A DNA stretch of 64,000 bases. Origin: Rhizophagus irregularis (taxonomy: Eukaryota). Shown piece after piece: positions 54,889-64,000 of the stretch (within the stretch, counting starts at the first letter, position 1; each line of letters starts with the position of its first letter). The notes below the pieces were generated by a model. It was not told the origin of the DNA, made no database searches, and saw only the letters and a program-made list of their open reading frames with translations. The position numbers were made by a program, and so were the translations under genes. Location: the NCBI RefSeq assembly GCF_026210795.1, contig NC_089434.1:3038001-3102000 (forward strand), read 5' to 3'.

Positions 54889-55304
54889 TCCAATTATCAT
54901 GTCTATAAAGAAAATAAACTTTGCAAGTAAAGTATAGTTGTTTCAATAAATGTATATATATGGTTTTTCTTTAATAAATATTGACTTAACTTTTATACAT
55001 ATTTTTTTTATTTTTTTTAAATTTAAATAATAAGATATGTTGGAATTCAAATGTCGTGATATAAAAATGCAGTGGACTCCTTTTTTTTGTGATTAAGACG
55101 GATATTTTCGATACAATTTTTTTTGCACGATAAAGTTAAAAGGATCACAATCAAACAAAAAAATATGTCTAAGTCTATCTATACAACACAATGTTTTTAA
55201 AAGATGTTTATTCGAAAAAAGTAATAAATAATGTTCCTTATGTTTATTTTCAGGCCGATCCCATTTATTCACAAATTAAATCCCTTTTCGCTTTAATATT
55301 TATT

Positions 55305-58300
55305 TTACATTGAAGAATTATTAAGTTCATAAAATTGATTTAACAAACCAATTACTCCACCATTACGCGGTTTATCGTGTTCATTTGATTCATTTATTCC
55401 AGCTCCACCTATCCTTGCACCCGGTAATATAAAAGAATCACCCAATTCACTAGTATAATGTTCTTGACTTGAACGAGGGGAATTTAATGGGCTTGAGGGT
55501 GGATTACTTATACCATAACCACGATAAGATCCTCGTGTTATATGAGATGGACCAGCATGTGTTTGGCCATCTTCCATGATCGAGTTTAAGTCATCACCAC
55601 CACCTCCACCTCCAATTCCGGCATTGGTATAATGAGTTGTTGATTGAGAGCCAATTGGATAACTGAAATGTACGTTATTATTACTATTGCGTTTGTTGTT
55701 ATTATTAGTTGTTTTAAGAATAGAATCAACTACTGATGTACGCGCGGCATTAGGACGTTCTGGGTGAGCCTGATTATTAAATTCTGTTAAACGACTAAGA
55801 TAAAGAGATCCAAACGGATCTGTTGGTTCCCAATCTGGATGATTCGCCTATTATAAAACAATATCAATTATTCAATAATTTTCTTTATTTAATAGCGTAA
55901 AAGATACAATATAGATTCTAATCACCTTAAAATTTAAAAAACTTTTCTCCATTTTACCGTCTTTCGAAAGATAATATTCGTTTTCAACCTCTGATGCTGG
56001 TGCACCATACTATTATAGAAAATTTGAAATTATTAAAATCCAATATATGTATCAAAAAATACGTTACGTAATTAGATAAGAACAATACCTTAACATTGCC
56101 ATGTTTTCTGAAATCAAAAATTGCAAAACTGCAAACATCACCTACACCATCTACATGAACAGTAAATTCACGAAAGAAATCTATAATTTGCTGTACGCCA
56201 AAAGCTAAAAGTTAAGGGTAAAATAAAAAATGTTCGTTTTAATTACATAACACATATATAAAGGATATGACTACAATCAGCAAGAGAGAACCAGAGTATG
56301 AAAGGCGTAAAGATAACACTGAAAATCTCTTGAATATATAATACGACTTTAACTTCAAATAATTGAATGAATTCTCTTCGAACCTAAACAAGTTAAGAGT
56401 TATAAAATTTCCAAAAAAAACTAAAATAAGATACTATAAAGTTAATACTTCATCAGTATGTAATCGTCCTCTCCATTCGTCAGGAGAATAGTGCGTATGT
56501 TCAACAACTTTTTTTAATCTAGCTTCCGGATCAAAAACCAAATGATCATCGGGAATCATGCCACGACTAACTGCAAATAATGGTACTAAAACTCCAGTAT
56601 AAAAGAAAACAGTTCGTCCGGTTGTAATTTCGAAGCCGAGAAAAAGATCCGGATCAATATAGGTAGCTAAAATCAACACGGCCGTGAAAGAACCAATTAT
56701 GAAAAGTATAAATCTTTTATAAAAAAATTCAAAGGTATTAGTAATCTTACATAATAAGAATTTACGAATTGATGTGATGATAAAATGTAACTACTACCTT
56801 ATAAATAAGATAGTTTTTGCTTTGGGAAATTGATCGATATATTTATTTGCGGGTTTATAGCTCTTATCTAGTCTTTGATGAAATAAATGTGAAAGTTCGT
56901 TAAATTCTCTAAATTTCCATCGGGCAAATTGTGTCCATTGACGCGAACCAAAAATAGAGCCAGGATCTGAGCGATATTCCTAAAAAAAAAAAATCACACA
57001 TATATTATCAAAAGATAATAACATAAAAGATGAATAATAATTCTAAATTATTATATTAATCTAACCTCAAAATATCGGAAGAAGAAAAATACAAGCAGGT
57101 AAACTACTATAAACGGCGCCGAAACAAAATTAAGAATTCCCATAAAAATAATTCGATTACGTAGCCTAAATAAATTTAATTTCTTTGATAAAATAAAATA
57201 CACTCATAAAATCTCACAAATATCATGTTAAGTGACCTACCCATGAATTAGTTTTTCTCTCTGCACATCTTTTATAAATCTCTTCCTAATTTGCCCATGG
57301 TCATTAAAAACATAATTCATCACGCACCAATTCAAATTCCATTCCATAGTCTTTGTCAAAAAATTTTGCTTTCTGAGAAACGGGATTGGTATTGTTAAAT
57401 TTAACAAATCTTTATTGAAAAGTGCTATTAAATAATTATCTTGACGCATTATCCTATTAGTAATATTATGAGCATCTAAACGTTGTTGCGGTCGACTATT
57501 AATTTGATGGCTTGTATTTGGATTATTGTCTCTTATCTTAATTATCCGTGAAACTACTTCTTGCCATGAAATCGTTTGCATATCAGCCTAATTATTTAAA
57601 ATTAAAAGATGAAAAAAAAATTCACCCACGTATTAATCATATTTAATAAATTATTAACATACGCACGTCAGGGATATCAAGAAGATACGTGTAAAAATTG
57701 TACATATCAATCAATCCACGGATATCTAATACAAATCTAACAATTGTCCATATCCAAATACAAGTAACTAATACGAGAAATAGTTTTGTCCATCCGGATA
57801 ATCTTAGAATGCAACAAATAATAAATGAATGTTCGCACAGTTTAACTAAATTAATCACTAATTACACTTACTGCCCAATACAACTTGGTATTATAACTCG
57901 CGACAAGCTATCACTACTACGAACTAATGAATAATCTACACATCCAAGCAAAAAGGTTGAAAATCCAAGCACAAATCCTATAGTTCTAAAATATAAACAA
58001 TGAATTAATATTAATTTAAAATTTATTTAAATAAGTGAGTAAAATAATTTACAATAAATTTAGAAATCGACTTAGTAAAATACAATATATTCCTTTTCCG
58101 ATATAATATGAATAAACCTGGTAATGTCATAAAAAAAGCATGAATTCAATTACATCTGTATTGAAACAGAAAAGATACTTCCGGGAACTTACGTGTGCAA
58201 GGAATAAATCGAGATTTTCTACATTAACCCATTTCCACATTGTTAGCTCTCTTATGTCCATCCCCGGTTTTGGGTTTAATTTCTTATGACGCTGAGAAGG

Positions 58301-58570
58301 CATCTCAACAATTAAGGAAGGAGGGGCCTCATTACTTTCCTGATCCGAAAACGCTAACTCTTCATCATCGTTTTCGGGCAATTGATGGTATCGTTGTTGT
58401 TTTTGATTTGATAAAGGTTGAAATAACGGAGTTCGTGTCCGAGTATTTTGTATTGTTGGACGTAAAACATAGCTATTTGATTCCTCTTCATGATCTTCGT
58501 TATCGTCCTGAAAAGCAACATATGGAGCATCATTTGCTCTAAAACGGTTAAAAATTGATTGATCGGTCAT
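55305..58570 (-). CDS. ATG9: Autophagy-related protein 9
   Basis: [70 protein letters not shown] and KMEKSFLNF. Confidence 0.95.
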
Positions 58571-59710
58571 TTTGGTGAAATGAGCTTGTACAGTTGATAT
58601 TTTTATATGTATCTGTCGTTTATAGTACTGCGCTAACCAATAAAACTCCGATTGAATTCTATTAAAATAGAAATAATGATCGTATATGAAATTCCGTTTA
58701 TTGTACGCGCGCCCCAGTGATTTTTGCGGAGAATGAACATACAGTATTTGCTGATCACTGATCACTCAATTATTTTTTGATCTTACCTCTCATCATTTTT
58801 TATATAGTAATGATCATAAAGTGCTAAAGTGCTTATTAATAAGTTTGTTTATTATTATAAAATTAATAAATATTACATAAAAATTTTGTATATTTATATT
58901 TTATATTCAAAATTCGGAATAAATATATAAATCTATAATATTTGGAAAATAACTCCATTATATATCTTAATAAGACAAATCTGGAGTTAAATTTTGTTTT
59001 TTACAATTATTAGATAGAATTTACTGAATTTAGTTTTAGTAAATCAAAATACAGTTAAATTCCTATATAGTTACATCTTATATAGTCATATACATCCTTT
59101 TATAATTTTCAATTTTTATAGAACTGACTTAAAATATGTGTTATTTATAATATTATAAAGAAATCACACTGCAAATCAATTGTTTTATTTTTTATTTATT
59201 TTTATTTTTTTAAAAAAACAAATACAAATTAAAAAGCATGTAAAATTTTTGAAATTAAAAAATTTTTAAGAAATTTTAAATCAGGAATATAAACAAAAAG
59301 GATTACACATAAACAAATTTAAAGTTACATCTAATTCTAATATTTTATTAATCATGCACATGTGCAGACAGATAATACATGCATGGTTTACAGTAGAATA
59401 GAAGTATCTTATGCATACACTTCAAATAATAATAAAAAAACACCTTTTTAAAAAAAATCTTATATTCTAGTATTTAGTTTTATTTATAATTCCATTACTA
59501 ATAATTCAATTAAATTGTAATAATATTATTATGTAATATCCATTTATTACTAGGAAATGGAAACTATTATAAGTTTAAATCAAAGATCTAAGGAAATTTC
59601 ATTTTTATAATAAATAAATAAATTAGAATTTTAAAATAAAATGAAATTTTTATGATTTTTAACAATTTTATTATAATATATAGAAAATTGCTACATATCA
59701 CCTGCGGTGA

Positions 59711-60066
59711 CCCTATAAAAAAAAATTTCTTTAAAATGTACTTAAAATATACTTATATATTTTTAAAATATATCTAAAATATACTTAACATTTTAAAATA
59801 TACTTAAAATATACTTAAAATTGCAATTTTAAATATATTTAAAGTGTAAAATTTTGTACTTAAATTATACTTAAATTATATTTAAATTGCAATTAAGTAT
59901 ATTTTAAATATAATTTAAGTATAAAATTTCATACTTTAAATATACTTAAAATTGCAATTTTAAGTATATTTTAAGTACATTTAAAAATTTTAAGTACATT
60001 TTAGATATATTTTAAAATATATAAGTACATTTTAAGTATATTTTAAAGAATTTTTTTTTCATAGGG
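59711..60066. mobile_element. Fold-back MITE with CCC...GGG termini and 3-bp TSD TGA (CMC-like)
   Basis: Whole-length palindrome built from TATACTTAAAA subrepeats. TGA at 59708-59710 and 60067-60069. Confidence 0.9.
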
Positions 60067-60600
60067 TGATCATCACCGGTGTTATATAATTAGATTTTAA
60101 CTTTATTTACTGGTGATCATCACCGGTAACTATTTTTGCGTAATCTTACTACTAATGATATAGTTCACTTTATCACGTGACTTATTCCATCATTGTTTGT
60201 TTCGTTAAGTTATTCTTTTCCCACAAATACTTTTCACAAACGCATTTCCCATAAACACTTTCTTTCTTAGAGACTTAGACACGTCTTTTCTTTAAGCTTC
60301 ATAGTTAGCATCTGAAAAAAAATTTGAAGTTAGATATCAAAGTTTAACAAGTTAGTAAATTTTATAGAACTAATACTTACTTTATTTTACAAAAGAGTAA
60401 CTAACTTGATTTTTCCACAAATACTCTTTCCGATTTTTTAGGTTTTTAAGCTTCTTCTTCAGTTGTCTTCATGGCCAGTCTCATAAACAACTTTAAAGTT
60501 AGATATCGATCACCATAATATTGATAATCAACCTACAAATTACGAATATTAATTATGAATAACGAATATCGAAAACCAACCGTTCGACGGCCTTGAACTG

Positions 60601-63391
60601 ATGGATTATGAATATCGAATCAGGCCAAGCCAACCATCATCTGATCAGCTGATGGATTATGAATATCAAAATCAGGACCAGCTATCATCTTATCTCCAGC
60701 TGATGGATTACGAATATCAAACTCAAGGCCAACCATCATCTGATCATCAAGTGATGGATTACGAATGTCAAAATCAAGGCCAATTATCATCTGATTTTCA
60801 AGCTACTGACATGAATATCAAAACCAAGGCCAACCGTTTCCACCGATTGGATCATGAATATCAATATCAAGGCCAACCATCTGACCAATTTCATCTAACA
60901 AATAAAGGAAAGCAAGTAGCGGTATCTTTAGATATAATTACTGAAAACCTGATTGTGACAAAATAATATGAATGGTAATAATATAGCTGATATTAATGAT
61001 ACAACAATTACAACTGAAATATTAAATGTTAACGATACCTTCAAAGATTGGAATGCAGTTGAAACTGCTGTTAATACGTTTGCAAAAAACAATGGTTTTG
61101 TTGCTATTAAATTTCGTAAAGATCTTGTTATTATTGATAAAACTATTACTCGTCGTCATATTTATCAATGTTGGAAAGCTGGAATTAATAATCCAAAAAA
61201 GTGGAGGATATTACATTATATCATGAGAGTAGTTCAACTAAAACAAACTGTCCTTGGCAAGCTAACTTCTATTTTGGCAAACATGCTGCTGATATACATC
61301 TTACAAAATTTAACAATAGCCATAATCATCAATGTGATCCTATTTCAATAGAGTTAGCTCCTAAAAACTTACGCTTTCCACAATCAATTTTAGATAAAAT
61401 TGAACATTATACTACAAAGGGTAACCTAAGTGCAGGACAACAATATGATCTTCTTGTTCATGAGTTTCTACAGTACCATATTAAAAAAAAAACCTCTATA
61501 ACGCAATCCAAAAGTTTCGAGGTGTTCGGGTTCATGACGAATCTGATGCTGCTACAATGTTCCTATATCTTTTAAAACAACATGAAGAAGATTCTAATTA
61601 TGTAGTAATACGCTTACTTAGAAGAGTAATCTAATGAGCTTACCAGTCTTTTTGCAGTATAGCAAATAATGAAGCTTTGCTTTAAATTTCATGATGTTGT
61701 CATTCATGATAATACGGCAAAAATGAATAAATACGAAATGGCGCTAAGCTTATTTGTTGGAATTGACAATAATTTTAAAACAAGAGTTCTTGCTCAAGCT
61801 CTTACGAAGTATGAGACACAAGCTGATTATATTTGGATATTACAATGCACTTTAAAAGTAACAAATAATCTTTCACCTCGTGTATTATACACAGACGGGA
61901 ATTCGGTAATGCTAGCTGCTGTTCAAGTTGTTTATCCACAAACGCGTCATTTGTTATATATTTATCACATTGCGGAAAATATAAAAAAGAAAGCCAAAGC
62001 CTTACTACGTAACGATATGGTTCAGAATTTTATTGAAGATTTTTATCATATGCGTAATAGTTACACTGAGTATCAAGATACACCAAAATGCTCACAAAGT
62101 ATGAGCCGTGTCGATCTTATCTTGAAAAAAAACTTTACCCTAGTCGTGAATTATGGGCAAGATACACGATTTTAAAAGTATTTACAGCAGGTGTTGAGTC
62201 AACTCAACGAGTTGAATCCATTAATAGTGTTCTTAAAAAACATTTAGATCGAGGAACTTTATTAAAGGAATTAGTAAAAGTCATTGAAAATGAACTGGAC
62301 AAAGAAGCACAATATAGTCGAATTAAGGAATATTATGGGTCAAATCCATCAACTGGTCTTCCGATAATGTATAATACGATTTTCAAAAATATTGACTCTA
62401 TTTTAAAGGATCATTTAGCACCTATTCCATTATCACTTCAACAAGCTCAAATGAAACAGTCATTATTATATCAGGGAATATTAATTTCAATTGATCAAGT
62501 TAAAGAATCTGATAATGAGCAGTCTAATGATATAATTGAACGTATATATGATAAACCGCAAATTAGATTACAAGATCTCTTATCAGATATAAACAGTGAC
62601 AAAATCCAAGAAATATGGGAGATTTATTATATTACTGTAACATCATCGACATCTACACTTAAATTACGTAGTAATTCTTAAAAGGATTCAACGTTATTTT
62701 GTACGTATGTATATTATCGAATACGAGGAATGCCGTATCGACGAAATGATATCGGGTTCTTGCTTCGGTTTAGTAAAGCTATTTTTCATATGGGTTTATT
62801 CATCCACATTGGTATGAATCAATACCAACTGAAACAACTAATTATATTATAGTTGCTCAAGGAAATAAAGATTATACCACCAAAGCTTTATATTATATTG
62901 ATCAAATTCGGTCTGCAAATGTTTATACGTCAAATATTAAAGAAAAAGTTAGTAAAAAGATTGAGTTTGGTTCTACTATGTTAGTAGCAAAGACAAGTGT
63001 TCAAGTTGCTGTAGCAGAAGGTGTTACATCAGAATTGATCGGACTTCTTACCCAATTCATTACGAAATATCATCATAATACTGGATTAAATATAGAGGAA
63101 GTTCATTCTATATCACATTTTAATGATGAAATTCAAGAATCCTCCTATAATTACCAGCGACAGCCATTAGTTGTAGTGGAAGAATGTAATATTCCAAAAA
63201 TATCAAATTCAGAATATCACAAGCCAAAAGGTCATCCTCTGAAACGATATAAATCATCAACTGAAGAGAACAATAATCAACATATATCTTCATCTTCTAA
63301 AACCTGTAGTTATTGTCTGGAAAAAAGGCATAATATTAGAGGATGTAGGCAACATAAAGCTGACTTAGTTGATAAAGAAAATAATAACTAA
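60601..63391 (+). pseudogene. FAR1/MULE-SWIM transposase, frameshifted
   Basis: FAR1 domain (FAKNNGF..TNCPWQ..HNH), DVVIHDNTAKMNKYEM, LYTDG, YIYHIAENI, ESTQRVESIN and C-terminal CSYC...HN..GC. Confidence 0.9.
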
Positions 63392-63660
63392 ACTTTAGTT
63401 GACATAGTAGATTTAGTAGGAGTGGGGTTTAAAGTTCAGTTTAATGTAAAATATTTGTTAGTTGCGTATTCTTGATTTCTTGTATAATCGGCTGAAAAAA
63501 AAACTTTGAAATAATAATTACTATTGGACGCATGATTTACTGTTATGCAATAAAATTTTATATTTTTCAACAATAAAATGTTAAATTGATCTTAAATCAC
63601 GTAATAAAAAATTGTAATACCGGTGATGATCACCACCGGTGATAAATAGCAAACTCCTTA

Positions 63661-63788
63661 AATCAATATTGAAATGATATCAAAATGATAATAGAAATGA
63701 TATTGAAACAACATCTTTAAGTTTAATTTAAAGATGTCATTTCGATATCATTTTAATTATCATTTTGATATCATTTCAATATTAATTA
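63661..63788. repeat. Fold-back repeat of AATGATATC units (MITE fragment)
   Basis: aatattgaaatgatatcaaaatgataat / attatcattttgatatcatttcaatatt. Confidence 0.75.
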
Positions 63789-64000
63789 AATATCAAAATA
63801 ATATCGAAGTGATAATACTTTATTTTGATGTCGTATGGTGGTTGTCCTTTATAATGCAACAATAGTCAAAATTTTGAAATTTATTTATTTATATTGTGTA
63901 ACTTATGTTTTAAAGTACTTTGTCAAAATATTAATTGCCGCGTGAGCGGCAAAATTTTTTTTTTGCCATATTACATGGAATTCTTGTGGATTTCCATGGA

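Larger units (their letters stand above)
59683..63657 (+). mobile_element. MULE/Mutator element with ~45-bp TIRs; the left TIR is interrupted
   Basis: Left ttgctacatatcacctgcggtga[insertion]tcatcaccggt vs right accggtgatgatcaccaccggtgataaatagcaa. TSD not resolved. Confidence 0.75.

Noticed and set aside
58571..58765. In-frame non-AUG N-terminal extension of ATG9 in the ORF track
   Set aside because: The peptide has no targeting character, and an acceptor-like tttaatag near 58660 suggests a 5' UTR intron.

Overview
This is a very AT-rich, intron-rich eukaryotic sequence. Short GT-AG introns, a SAM+NTPase Crinkler-type relic and the TE repertoire suggest a Glomeromycotina (Rhizophagus-like) arbuscular mycorrhizal fungus; that assignment is an inference. 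There are two compact housekeeping blocks. The 12.3-33.2 kb block holds proteasome alpha-2, aminopeptidase P, CWC22, VMA12, a coiled-coil protein, UTP14 and GPATCH1. The 48.8-58.6 kb block holds a VPS9-domain GEF, IVD, ATP17 and ATG9. These alternate with TE-rich regions at 2.9-11.9, 33.3-48.7 and 58.8-64 kb. The middle region is a fossil MULE transposase split by about 13 nested insertions, including a near-intact, intron-containing Zator-type transposon and an internally deleted LINE. The most striking observation is a ~115-125 bp palindromic module with a constant 29-bp dif/lox-like core. It occurs about 15 times inside non-autonomous elements with unrelated termini and TSDs, as singles, direct pairs or inverted pairs. 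Other notable items are MITE families with 6-bp TSDs and a possible non-AUG mitochondrial presequence on aminopeptidase P. All coordinates were read by eye and no searches were run.
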